Notes under the pieces: model-generated
What the model was told of the DNA's origin: nothing
Database searches by the model: none
What the model saw: the letters and a program-made list of their open reading frames with translations, nothing else
Assembly: GCA_000004695.1 (NCBI GenBank)
Contig: CM000150.2
Location: 2,304,001-2,368,000 of the forward strand
Reading direction: 5' to 3'
DNA: 64,000 nucleotides
From: Dictyostelium discoideum
Taxonomy: Eukaryota
Position numbers and translations under genes: made by a program
Part shown: positions 1-13,699 of the stretch, one piece after another
Numbering within the stretch: position 1 is the stretch's first letter
How the letters are laid out: each line of letters starts with the position of its first letter

Positions 1-382
1 AAATAATTGTTCCATTGGTGAGTGGAATCAAAAAAAGAATGTTCATCTTATCTAAAAATAGTAAATGAATGGTTTTTGTTGAGAAAATTCATTGGGGAAT
101 TTTGAAAATCCTTAAGATTAAGATGGGATTTGTTCGTAATTTATTGCTGTGCATTTGAAATTAAATACCACAGAGTTATTTTTATTTTATTTTTATTTTT
201 ATTTTTTTTATTTTTTTTTTTTTAACAATAATAGTTTTTAGTATAAATAGTTTTGTTTTTGTTAAAGCTCAACACCAAATTCAAACAGTTGGAAAAAACA
301 AATAAATAAATTAAAATTTTTTTTTATAAAAAAAAAAAAAAAAAAAAAAAAACAATACATATATATATATTTATAAAATAAA

Positions 383-1729
383 ATGAAATTATCATATACA
401 ATCTTTTCACTATTTATAATTTTTAATTGTTTTTATTATTTTTCAGAGTAAGTTTAAAAAACTTTTAAATAAAAAAAAAAAAAAAATAGTATTTAATTAA
501 TAAAATTTAATTATAAAAAAATATTAGAGCCCAATCAATTACTTCTATTAGTAGCATTTATAAAGGAATAACTCAAAATGTAACATTAACCGGTACTGGA
601 TTCACACAAACAACAAATCTTACACTTAAAAATACTTTTTCATTTTATGGAGTTGTAATTCAATGTCCATCAATAGTTTTTAGTAAGTTTTTTTTTTTTT
701 TTTTTTTTAAAGAATTTCAATATTAATATTTTATATATAAAAAAAAAAAAAAGTTAATTCAAATAGTATGCAATGTGAAATTCCTTTAGCATGGGCATCG
801 GATTATACTCAAGTTGCAATTAATAATACATATAATTCAAGATATCTTACAGCCATCTCTACCACAATGGATAAAGTTGAAATTTTATCATCAAGAATTG
901 TAAAAGTTACAGGTGATGCTTTATTACCAGTAAATTCTACTTTCCAACTTCAAATATACAATAACACAAAATATAATCTTACATGTAAATCTGAAACATT
1001 ATACAAGGTTTATTCATGTGAAATTCCATTTGATAACTTATTAACCAACTGTTTTAGAATTAATTATATTGATTCTTCAAGTTCAACTTATGAATATGTC
1101 TATTTAGGTATGTAGAAAGTTTATTTTTTAATAAGAATGATATTTTTAAAAAATAAATTACTAACATTAAATTTATATTATTATTGAAAATAATATTAAT
1201 AGGACCAACATTAAATTCAATTGAATTATTAGGAAATTCATTGAAATTTGATGCAGATGTTCATTGCCCAACTACAGCTCCATCTTTAAGTATTATTATT
1301 AACTCTATCCCATTCTCAAGTAATATCCAAAATTCATTTGGTAATACTTATTTATATCAACCAACATTCACTCTTTGTACCGACTTTTCCAAATTATTTA
1401 ATATTTCCATTACTGCCTCCTTTTCTTATTCTTCTTCAATTAAGTTTACTTCAAATATGATTAAATTTGATTGTTCCATTGGTAAAGCTACTTCCTCTGA
1501 TAATGGAACATCCACTCCTGTACCAACTTCTGAACCTTCCTCCACCCCAACTCAAACTCAAACTCAAACTCCAACTCCAACTCAAACTCAAACTCAAACT
1601 CCAACTCAAACTCATACACCAAAACCAACAATCCCAAATGAAACAAGTGAATTTTATGATTCCTCTGCATCAAATCTCTCGATTACTAGCACTTTCTTTA
1701 TTTTATTAATGATTGCTTTATTATTTTGA
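383..1729 (+). CDS. Secreted, probably GPI-anchored, surface glycoprotein with a (TQTQTP)n Thr/Pro/Gln stalk; 4 exons join(383..447,528..682,754..1107,1203..1729), 366 aa
   Basis: ATG at 383 followed by a hydrophobic signal peptide (MKLSYTIFSLFIIFNCFYYFS). Donors GTAAGT at 448 and 683 and GTATGT at 1108; acceptors AG at 526-527, 752-753 and 1201-1202. The phases are consistent and the four exons total 1101 nt (367 codons). ORFs 768..1115 and 1184..1729 are exons 3 and 4. The product has many N-x-S/T sites, a (TQTQTP) repeat and a hydrophobic C-terminus (FFILLMIALLF) typical of a GPI signal. The exon 3 acceptor is the least certain junction. Confidence 0.55.
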
Positions 1730-1839
1730 ATAATTAACAAAATAACAAAAAAAAGATATATAAACAAACATCAAAACATAGATGTATAAATAAATATTTT
1801 AATTAAAGAAATATTTAAATAAAATTTATTTTTATAATT

Positions 1840-1915
1840 AAAAAATAAAATTAAAAATAAAATTAAAATTAAAATTAAAATTAAAATTAAAATTAAAATT
1901 AAAATTAAAATATAA
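1840..1915. repeat. (AAAATT)n microsatellite of about 10 units in the 3' intergenic region
   Basis: Direct reading shows aaaattaaaatt repeated. Confidence 0.9.
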
Positions 1916-2168
1916 ATATAAATATATTGTAAATCCACTTGAATTTAGAAAATTATTAATATTTTTAATTATTATAATAAATATATAATTTTTTTTTTTT
2001 TTTTTTTAAAAAAAATTTATTTACAAATAATTAATTACAATAATTCTTATAATAAAATAAATATTTTTTTAAAAATCCAACCACTTTGTTGATCCCATTA
2101 TATGGTGAATTGTAATTTCGAAATATTGCGCAAATTTTACAAAATATATTTATAAATAAATATTTAAT

Positions 2169-2684
2169 TTATTGATTATTTTCTTTTTCTTTTTTTGGTA
2201 CATTTTTAAATTTAATTGTACCATTTTCAGTTACACCAACCTCAAGACCTAAATCTTTAAGTTCATCATTATTTGCAACACCTTTAACTTTCAAACTTTC
2301 AATTAAATTTTGATTCTCTACATTATCTTCACAAAGATTTCTAATTGCAAATACTGACCATTCTTTAATATCTATATAAATTATTAGTATTATTATTATT
2401 ATTAGGAAAAATCATAATCTTAGTAACTTATTTATTTATTTATTTATTTATTTTAAATTATTATAATAATGATTATTATACATACATGGATTATTAACAT
2501 CAAAACGACAATGATTTAAAATGATTTCAATACCACCTAATTCACGAATTTCATCTTGATTACCTCTATTTTTGTAAGATAAATTACCTAAAATACGAAT
2601 GAGTTCAATTTTGAAACCTTTATCTTGTGATTCAATATTTTTATTAAACCCTTTTGATGTTACAGTTTCACCATCTGTTGTTGT

Positions 2685-2720
<36 letters not shown>

Positions 2721-4216
2721 GTTTGTATCACTACCATAATTACCATGTAAAGAACCAATACAAATAGCAACTAAACCTTTTTTTCTTAATAAAGTATTTA
2801 AATCGAATTTTTTAGAAGCAGATGGATCAATTGCACTATCCTTTGAGAATGGATCATTTAGAATTTGATTAACTGGATCCTCTTCCCCCTCTTGTTGTTT
2901 AGTTGGTATTTGGTTTGGTTTAAATATTGATAATGATAATGATAACATCTCTTCAGTGTATGATGTAATATTTGCAAATATTTTAATAAAGAAAAAGATT
3001 GCATCGAAATCTGATTGATTTAAACTTGTTGTCAATTGTTGAGTTTCAACTTTTAAATCTTTACGAGCGAAGTCTAAATTATATAAACTTGCCAATTCAT
3101 CAATCATGAAATAACAAGTCTTTAAATCAATTATTGAATCTTTTTCAATATATTCTTTAATATTCTTCTTATCACCATCATGTATAATTGAATCTAAAAG
3201 ATTTAATAATTTAACTTGATTTTTATTTGTTTTACCTGTTGTTGTTGTTGTTGTTGAATCTGTTGTTGAATCTGTAGATTCTGTTGTTGTTGATTCAGTT
3301 GTTGATTCAGTTGTTGATTTAACTAATTCAGTTGAATATTTATTATCTGATAATGATTTATATAAATCAATGAATAAATCATTGATAAATAAACTTTTGG
3401 AAATTAAATGAATCCAATGAAAATTTTGAGTATTATATTCGTGATCGAATGTATCATCTTCTTTAATTAACTCTATAATTAATTGAACTAATCTTTTATT
3501 ACAAACTAAATCTTTCATTCTATCTTTACTATTTAATATACAATTATAAATTAACATTAAATTGGTTGGTAATAATTTAAATTCATCATTATCTTTATAT
3601 TTTTCAATTAATATTCTAAATGTTAAAAAAATATATTATATGTTAGTGTGTGTATTTATATATATATATATATTTACATATATGTTTTATCTCATGAGAA
3701 TATAAATATATATAATTACATTAAATTATTTGGATAGATATTTGACCATAATAAAGATTGAGTTTTATCATTTAAAACAATACCATTAATTAATAATTGA
3801 TATAATGATGTTAGGATATTTTTTTTATTAAGAGTTATTTTAATATTATTATTTTCATTTATTAGTTGATTTATTATGAAATTTATAAAATTTGAATTTG
3901 AAATTATAATATTTTGATTCTCTGAAACATTTGCGCATAAGTTTCTTAAAAATCTAATTGATGTTAAATTGAATTTAAATAATTTTTCATTATTATCACC
4001 ATTTGCTGTTGTTGACTTTATTATATAATTCATTAAGATATTTAAAAATTCATTATGTTTATTTGATATTTCTTTTCTAACATCAAATTCTTTTGAAAGG
4101 TTAAATAATTCTGTGATATCTGTAATCATTGTATCCTCATCCTCTCCATTACTAATTTCTTTTGATAAACATTCTAATAATGATTTTATTATTTCTGTTG
4201 TTGAATTTACTTTCAT
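2169..4216 (-). CDS. atxn10: Ataxin-10 homolog (armadillo-type N-terminus plus Atx10homo_assoc C-terminal domain); 3 exons complement(join(2169..2371,2486..3615,3720..4216)), 609 aa
   Basis: ORFs 3716..4216(-) and 2448..3557(-) are joined by a 104-bp intron (donor GTAATT as the reverse complement of 3714-3719, acceptor ...catttag before 3615). A third exon is reached through a GTATGT donor (reverse complement of 2480-2485) and a tttatatag acceptor, and encodes ...YIKEWSVFAIRNLCEDNVENQNLIESLKVKG..., the signature Atx10homo_assoc motif. The N-terminal LRNLCANVSENQ is also ataxin-10-like. Exon lengths are 497+1130+203 = 1830 nt, in frame, with stop TAA at 2169-2171. Confidence 0.8.
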
Positions 4217-4242
4217 ATTTTTATTTATTTGTGTTTTGTTTT

Positions 4243-4297
<55 letters not shown>

Positions 4298-4575
4298 TGA
4301 TTTTGTTTCGTTTCAGATTTCAAGCTAATTTTTAAATTTTTTTTTTTTTTTTTTATTCATTTTTAAGATAAAAAAAAAAAAAAAAAAAAAAAAAACCAAA
4401 AACAGAATGGTTACATTCAGTTTATTATATTTTTTTATCATTTTGTGTATATTTGAGTTCTCCATTATAATATAATTTTTTTAAAATTAAAAAAAAAAAT
4501 TAAAAAAATAATTTTGGGGTGTTTTTTTTTCACTTTTTTTTTTTTTTTTTTTTTTGTATTTGTTTTGTGGTAGAT

Positions 4576-4977
4576 TTATAAACTATCAATTATTTTTTTA
4601 TTATTTATTTTTGCATTTGAAATTTTTAATAAATGGTAGTAGTTAATGGCTTTTAATTCATTTATCCTATTTTTTTCATTTATTTGTTTTCTTTCTTCTT
4701 CAGTTAAAATTGGATTTGTAATTCTCAATATTTCATTTGATTTCGATTTTGAAGAACAACAACAACAACAATCATCGTCATTAATTATATCAGAAGAATA
4801 TTTTAGTAATCGACTACTATCATCTTTTGATAAACCTATTTTTGAATTATTCTCTAAATGATTTTCTAAATCTAATTTTAATTGTTCTTGTCTCCCAAAT
4901 TCTAATATTTGTTCATTTCTTTCTTTTTCAATTGCTTCATGTTCTTCTATTAAAAATGCATATATTGAAGTATCCAT
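4576..4977 (-). CDS. Hypothetical 133-aa protein with a CCCCC run and a Lys/Glu-rich, probably coiled, region
   Basis: Uninterrupted minus-strand ORF whose codon usage is typical of the surrounding genes. I recognise no homology. Confidence 0.35.
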   Translation of the reverse strand: MDTSIYAFLIEEHEAIEKERNEQILEFGRQEQLKLDLENHLENNSKIGLSKDDSSRLLKYSSDIINDDDCCCCCSSKSKSNEILRITNPILTEEERKQINEKNRINELKAINYYHLLKISNAKINNKKIIDSL

Positions 4978-5357
4978 TTAATATATAAATAAATATATTA
5001 GTTATTTATATATTTATATTTTGGATTTGTTTTAAATAAAATTAAAAAAAAAAAATAAAAAAATAAATAAATAAATAAATAATTAAAAAAAAAATATAAA
5101 CAATTTTAAAATAATTATAAATATTATTTGAAAATAAAAAATTACTAATATTTATAATTCTTTTTTATTTTTATTACTTTTTTAAATAAATATTTTTTTT
5201 TTTTTTTTTTCATTTTTTTTTTTTTTTATTTTCTTCACTTAAACACAACCCCTTATTTTGACATCGAAATAAAACTCACGCCACTATTTTTTATTATTTT
5301 TAATTATTTGTTTTTTTATTTTTATTTAAATTATTATTTTTTTTTTATTTTTAATTA

Positions 5358-5388
<31 letters not shown>

Positions 5389-5453
5389 ATTATTATATTT
5401 TTTATTTTCAAAATTAACACTAATTATTTTTTTATATTATTTCAATTTAAAAG

Positions 5454-6009
5454 ATGAGTAATAGTGGAAAAACTTTAAAGTTTTTAGCAAATAGTGTATG
5501 GAGAGGTTCTTTAAATGGTTCTGGTATGACAACTAGTGGTGGAAATGCATTTAAAAAAGGTATACAAATATAAATATTAAAATATGTAAAATAATATTTA
5601 GTACTAATAATTAAAAATAATAAAAAACAATTAAAAAAAAAAAGGTCTACCATTAGAAGTACCATCTTTAGCGAGAGGTTTACCAGATTCAAAACAAGAT
5701 GAAAATAAAACTAACCCTGAAGAACTTGTAGCCGCTGCACATAGTGCTTGTTTTACTATGACTTTAAGTGCTATTTTAGGTGCACATAAGTTATCACCAA
5801 AGGAAATAGATACCAAAGGAACTTTAACATTGGAAAAAAGACCAGATGGTTTCAAAGTTTCAAGTATTCATTTAACTTGTAGTGGAAATGTACCAGGTAT
5901 TGATGAAAATAAATTCAAAGAATATGCCAACATGGCAAAAAAGAATTGTCCAATGTCAAAGTTATTTAATAATAATTGTGATATTTCATTAGATGCAAAA
6001 TTAGTTTAG
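5454..6009 (+). CDS. OsmC/Ohr-family peroxiredoxin-like protein; 2 exons join(5454..5559,5645..6009), 156 aa
   Basis: Exon 1 runs from ATG at 5454 to ...NAFKK plus G, with donor GTATAC at 5560 and acceptor aaaag at 5643-5644 (phase 1 on both sides). Exon 2 encodes GLPLEVPSLARGLPDSKQDENKTNPEELVAAAHSACFTMTLSAILGAHK...CPMSKLF, and the E-L-(L/V)-A-A-x-x-x-C-F block is diagnostic for OsmC/Ohr. Stop TAG at 6007-6009. The minus-strand ORFs 5447..5692 and 5631..5855 are antisense artefacts. Confidence 0.85.
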
Positions 6010-6967
6010 GTCTAAAACCAAAACCAAAACAAAACAAAACAAAAAAAAAAAAAATTATTTGTAAAAAGAAAATAAAAAAAAAATAAAAATTAAATTAAAA
6101 AAAAAATCTTTTTTTTTTTTTTATAATAATAAATATTAATTTCAAATAAAAAAAAAAAAAAAAAAAAAAAACAGAGTATCTATTAATTCAAAAAAACAAA
6201 AAGTATTAAGATCAGGATTATCATATTTTTAATTTTTTTTTTTTTTTTTTTTTTTTTGATGATTTTATTAAATTTAATTAATTTTAATGTTTTTTTTTTT
6301 TGGATTAAAAAAAGAATAATCTGATTAAGGAATAATTTTTATTTTTATTTTTATTTCAAAATTTTTTTTTTTTTTTTGTTTTTTTGAAATTTAAAAATAA
6401 TTTTTATTAGTAATTGTTTTTTATCATAAAAATGATATTAATAAACATTAATTGAATATTGTTGGCAATGAGGTCTTCATATTAATATTTAAAAGACGCT
6501 AAATTGGGGGTTGATTTTTATTTATTGCTAATGTTTTTTTTTTATTTAAAAAAAATTTAATTTAATTTAATTTAAATGAATAAAAAGAAAATAAAAAAAA
6601 AAAAAAAAAAAAAAGTAATAAATAGTATGTTTATTTTACAAATTAATTTGTTATAGATTTTCACACTTTTTTTCCTCACTCTATAATTTCAAACATCAAC
6701 AAACATATACACACACAATTATCCATGTAGATAAAAAAAAAAAAAAAAAAAAAATAAATAAAATAAAATAAATAAAAAAAAAAAAAAAAAAAAAAGAAAA
6801 ATAATAGTAAAAAAAAAAAAAAATCAAATATATCACACATACAACCACTTTCAATACTATAAGTAGTAGTGGATATTTTTACACTATAATTTTTAAAAAA
6901 TATTTTTGAATGTGTCTGTAAATATATGTCTTGAATAATAATATTTGAATATTATCAGTGTTACAAT

Positions 6968-7009
<42 letters not shown>

Positions 7010-7231
7010 AAATAATAAAACATAAAATGTAAGTATTACAAATAATAATTTAAAAATTAATATTTACTCTTTGATATTAATATTAATATTAATATTAATT
7101 TTTTATTTTTTTTTTTTTTATTTTTTTTTTTTTTTTTTTGTTTCTATGCAAAAAAAAAAAGAAATTATACTTTTATTATTATTATTATTATTGTTATATT
7201 ATTTTAAATAATAATAATAATAATAATAAAA

Positions 7232-10200
7232 ATGGTATCAAAAATATTACCAGGATTATTAAAGAAAATATTAGGTAATTACATTGAAGGATTGGATACA
7301 TTGTCAATACCATGGTGGAAAGGTCAAATTGTTTTAGAGAATTTAAAATTCAAAAAAGAGTTATTTTCATCCAATGAATTACCATTTGATTTATTAAGTG
7401 GAGTTGTCAAACGAGTTGTAATTACAATACCAATTTTACATTTTTTAAAAGATCCTATAGTGGTTAATATTGATGGAGTATTTTTACTATTTGGTCCAAA
7501 AGATATAATTAATACATTTAGTAATTATGGTAATGATAAATCTAATAAAAAAGATATCGTTATTGATGATAATGATGGTGGAATTTCAATCGATAGTAAT
7601 AGTAATAATAATAATAAAAAGAATGCGCCATCATCATCTTCATCTAATGATGATTTTTTTAAAAAACCAAATTTAACAAAAGAAGAATTAAAAAAAATTC
7701 AAATTCAAATTGATAAAGAACAATCGAAAGAATCAAATGATGGTTATTCAGCTGATAGTGAAAGTTTTAAATTTAGGATGATAAAGAAATTATTGAAATG
7801 TATTAGAATTCAATTAAATAATCTTCATATTTGTTATCAAGATGATTCAACATCACCAGGTGAAATATTCTCTGTTGGTATTACAATGGAGTCATTTACA
7901 TTTCAAACTACAGATTCGCAATGGGTACCATTATCAAAGAATACTTCAACTCATCAACAACAACAACCAACTTTTAATCCATATGTTGGATCACAACAAC
8001 AACAACAACAACAACCACAACAAAACACTGAAATTAATTATGAAAATGATAGTGAACATAATCCATTCATGAATAATAAAAATAGTGATGAAGGGATATC
8101 ATCATCATCATCATCGTCATCATTTAATAATAATAATTTAAATATACCAACATTAAATTTAAATGATAATTATATGGATTCTGAAGCATATACAACAAAT
8201 ACACAACCAACACCAAAAAGTGAACAATATCAACAGCAACAACAACAACAACAACCATTAGGTCAAATAGTTGATCAAATTATAACATATAAATTGGCAA
8301 GTATATTTAATTTTTCAATTTATTGGGATTCACAATTTGGAAAGACAAGAATGGTAACACCAGAAGATATGGATGTATTGTTAATGCATTCAATACCAAG
8401 GCAAAAAGCAAAGATTAATCATAAATATATACTTCAACCGATTAGTGGATTTTTAAAGATTTGTTTAACTGAAGATTCAATTGAAAGTGTTAATAAGGAG
8501 GGTGTATTCAATTCTATTGCAAATAATTTCAATGTTTCAATTGGATTGAAACAAATTGATTTACAACTAATGGATATTCAATATAGGGATATGTTAAATT
8601 TATTATCATTTTATCAAGATTGGCGAAGAGTTTTAAGATATCATAAATTTAGACCCCATTGTAGAGTTAAAGGAAATGCTAGAATTTGGTGGCATTTTGC
8701 ATTCCGCTCAATCATTTCCGATTTTAGATCAAAGAAAACTGAAATGACTTGGAAGGAAATTGAAGATTCTAAAAGAGTTAGAGAATGTTATATTAAACTT
8801 TACACAGAGAAATTTATAAAAGGAAAGTTGGGTAGATTGGATCAAAACCTTATCGATGAAATCGAGAAAAAAGTAACCTATGAAGATATTGTATTGTTTA
8901 GAACCATCGCTGAAAAGGATTTAAAAGTTACAAAAAGAAAAGATTTAGATCAATTCACAGAGAGTTCAGGTTGGTGGTTAGGTGGTTGGTTAGGATTTCA
9001 ACATCATCATCAAAATAATAACCAAGATAAAATAACATTAACCAATGAACAGTTAACATTCTTGGAACGGTATTTAAAGGTTAATCTTAAAGTTTTAGCT
9101 GGTAAACCTCATTCATCAGTTTCATTGATTTTCTTTTTAAATGTTAAACGTTTGTCAATTTCAATTTTAGATTGGCAAGAGAATCATACAGTTGTACCAT
9201 TAGCAAACATTGATATAACCGAAGTTAATTTACAAATGGAACAATCTCATAATACAAAATTAAAATTCTCTGCTGAATCTTTAGATATTTTCGATAGATG
9301 TTCACCAAATACAAAATTTGAAAATATTATATTAGAGAAATCAAGATTTAATTCTTCAAATATTAATCCAGATAATAGTGCTAATAGTATTGGTTCATTC
9401 ATACTTGATCGTCAAATTTCAAATTCTGAATTTCTAAATGGTGTTTATACTGGTGTTAATGGTACTAATAATAATAATAATAAGAAATTTATTGATATAT
9501 CAATTGTATTAAATCCACCAGAGGATACAACAGATTATTTCATTTATTTTAAATTGGAGCCATTTTATTTCATAAATTCAAAACCATTCGTTGATACAAT
9601 GATACCATTCTTTACACATGCAAATCAAGAAGCATTAGATCGTTTGAAATATTCATTCATAAAGAAAATTAAAATACTTCAAGAATATTTAATAAATGAA
9701 TTAAAACATTTAGTTAGAAATCAAAAAGTTGCAGATATTAAATTAGATATAGCAATACCAGGTTTAGTATTCCCAGAATCTTATGATCGTGAAGATACTA
9801 TGGTATTGGTTTGTAATATGGGTAATTTAATATTAAAAACTCAACCACACAACAGTGAATGGGATTCAATGGATTTCTCTGAAATTAATGAACAAGATGA
9901 AACTGATGAAATTTTCGTACGTTATTGTAATCTTTTAAAAGATAGAGTTAAATGGTGGTCTGATAATTGTCCAATTAAAAAAATTAATGAACCAATTGAA
10001 AAACAAAGTTATATAATAAATTATGTTCAACAACATAGACAAACAATTGAAAATCTTGGTACTGGTAATGGTATAAATAATAATAATAGTGGTGGTGGTG
10101 GTAATGGTGGTAATGCATCTAATTCAAGTGAAGATGATGGTAAATATCCAGAACAAGATGATTTAGATGATAGTAAAGTTGAAAAAGAAGGATTTGATAG

Positions 10201-10882
10201 TTGTGATACAGATTGGAATAAAGTTTCAGTTAATATAAATAATGCTCAGTTTTATGATGGAATAGTTTTAACAATTAGTGATATCTATGTTAAAGTTTGT
10301 GATTGTACACAAATTAATAATTTCAATTATTTAATATCACCTTTTAGTTTGGATATATTTTTAGAGTTATGTTCAAGACCATACGATTTAAAATTACCAC
10401 AAATTAAATGTAAGGCAGAATTATCAGAATTGAATCTACAAGTTTCAGATAAAGAATTATATGAAATCGCAAAGATTGTTGGTAAAAATGGTATTTTAGA
10501 ATACTTTATGGATATGGATAGAAAATCATCAAAAGAATTAGCTGATATGTATGAAATTGTTCAAGTGAAAAAACCAAAGAAAAAATCATTCGAAGTTCAA
10601 TTCTCATTATTCTCTGATACAAAATCAATTTTAAATTCAAGAAAACGTACAAAAGAAAGGTTAGTTAAAACTACACTATTAAGATTCTTTTTCACTAGTA
10701 ATGCAATCAATATGAAATTGAATTATTTAGACTCTTGTACTTTATCATTAACAATGGATCAAATTCGTTGTAGAAGTTTAGTTAAATTTATGCAAATGAA
10801 TATTCAATTCGATATTTCATCAATTGAAATTAAAGATTCAAATTCAATAACACCAGTATTATCAATTTTTCCATATAATTTA

Positions 10883-10952
<70 letters not shown>

Positions 10953-13622
10953 GAAATTTAAATAATAATAATAATAATAATAATAATAATCAAAAACCTG
11001 AATGTTTAAATGAATTTCCAATTTCAATTACAGCGAAATCAATTAGTAAAAATTCATTAGATTATGATTATATTGATTTTGTATTAACATTAACAACTCA
11101 ATATATAAGAATTAATTTTCCAAAAGAATGTGTAATGGCATTAATTGCAATCATTGGTACAGTTGTTACAAATACAACCAATTTCTATGAAACTAAGAAA
11201 TCCATTCTTACAGTTGAAGGTTCATTTTATCAAGGTAGAGTTGGTCAATTTACTCAATCAAACACAACAACAACCACTTCACCACGTTATCATCATCAAA
11301 ATCATCATAATCATCAACATAAAAAACAAAATCGTCATAGATTATCAACAAGATTAGAAACTAATGAATTTGATCCAAATGATTTGAAATCGAAAATTAC
11401 AATTAATATACCAAGTTTTGGTTTAACGCTTAGTACAATTGAAAATGATTTAGTTGCATTCCAATTTGAGGATATTTCAATTGATGGTATTTTTCAATTA
11501 CCTTTAATAGATTGTGAATTAAAGGTTAGAGATATGAAATTCATTGATTATACAGGTTCAGATGGTCCATATCCATATATGTTGATTACACAAAAATCAC
11601 AATCACCAATGGTACCAGTTGTAAGAATGCATTTAGTTTGTCATTCAAATAGTAAAACTCAAGAATGGGGTTTTTCACGTTTAATCAATATAGCTGTTGG
11701 TAAAATTCAAATCACTTTTCTATTACAAACTATAAATTTAATACGTTTATTCATTCATGATATTACTTCATCATTAAAAGAATATTGTCCATTCTTATTT
11801 AAAGTTATGGCAATTGTTGATGATAATAATAAACCATCATCAAAAGATAATAATAATAATAATAATAACAATAATAATAGTGACAGTGATAGTGATAGTG
11901 ATACTGATAGTAGTAGTAGTAGTGAAAACAATTATAATAATAATATTGATTTAAATTCACCAGTTGTTGAAATTGTTAAAAAGAAAAAGAATTTAACAAA
12001 TTTAGAGATTGAAATTGATAATAATGTTGTAATAGTTCCAAAGAATAGTAGATCAAGATCAGCAATTAGATTTAGTGTTGGAAGAATATTACTGGGGTTA
12101 GATCAAATGGATCCAACGGTTGATGCAGTATTTGTAAAGATTTATGGTATTAATATGGCATCGAAATATGAAGATTCAATTGATCCAATCATTTCAGATC
12201 CAATTAAAATGGATATTAGATTCATTCATATGTTTGAAACTTCTTTAAAGGATAAATCAATTGAAGTCATTATTAAAATTGATAAAATTCATTTAAAGTT
12301 ATCTCAATACCAATATAATCTATTATACAATACATATCAACAAAATATTAATCAATCAATTGTACCGGCCCCACCCTCAAATTCATACTCCACTGTCGAA
12401 AGACAAGATATTCTATTGGATATTAGGTTAGAGTTTAAAGATTTTGTTGAATTAAATTTAGAAAATGAAAAAACCAATGATTCAAGATTCTTTTCAATGT
12501 TAATTCAACGTCCAATTATTTGTTGTTCAGTTTGGAATAATGGTGATTCAGATTTCTTGATTAAAACAACTGGTATAAGTGTACGTGATAAGAATAAATT
12601 AGTGGTTGTACCAAATGGATTTCAAGAGATGATCAATATTACACCATATGATTTAGATGTACCAATAAAGAATGTTATTAATCAATCGATTAATGAAGTG
12701 TTTTTTGATATAGTTAAAATGAATATCGATGACAATGGTATTGATATTAATATCACAATAGAATATTTAAGTATCTTTTTCGATTTACCTTGGGTTTCGA
12801 AATTAATAACATTCTTATCACCAATTATTGATGCCGATTATATTGGTAATAGTTGTTCAAATTCAACTAATAAATCTTCAACAACAATCAATACTCAGTT
12901 ATTACCCCCACCGCCTCCACCACCACCAATCTCATTAAATAAATCTGGTGTGAATTTAACAAATCAACAACAAAATGAAGAATTTAATTCAAAATTTAAT
13001 AAGGATTGGAAAATATTCTTAAAAGTTGAAGTATCTGCAAAGAATGCAAATATTATGGTTGGTGATTTAAATAGTAAGAATGAATTAGTATTATTAATGA
13101 ATTCATCATTATTGATTAATTCACAATTTGGTACTGAAGGTTTAATGAAAATAATATTAGAATATCAATGTATTAAAGGTTTAATTGGTAATAAAACAAA
13201 AGATCCAATCTATTCAACTAAAAATCCAAGTGCAACTACAATGTCTTTTATTTCAGCTAGCAGTCGTGATTTGGGTGCTCAAAAGAATACAACTCATTAT
13301 CTTTGGAAAGAATTAAAGAAATCTTCAAAATTATTTTTAGAAACTTTTAAAACTAATATTCAAGTTTGTTTAGTACCTGAAGGTAATCAATTCTATTTCT
13401 GTGAATTAAATGATCTATCATTGGTATTCTCTGGTAAAGCATATAAATATCTATTAGATATTTATGAATGTGTTTCTGATATAATCTATGGTGTTAGTAA
13501 ATCAAAAGATATTACAAATAATAATTTAGTTCAAAAACATAGTCGTTCATCTTCAATTAGTACAGATTTACCAATACCAATTAATTTAAGAAGAAGTTCT
13601 ATAATTTCAACAAATTTAATGC

Positions 13623-13699
<77 letters not shown>

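Noticed and set aside
5447-5855. Minus-strand ORFs 5447..5692 and 5631..5855
   Set aside because: They are antisense to the OsmC exons and intron, whose plus-strand reading gives the conserved OsmC motif.
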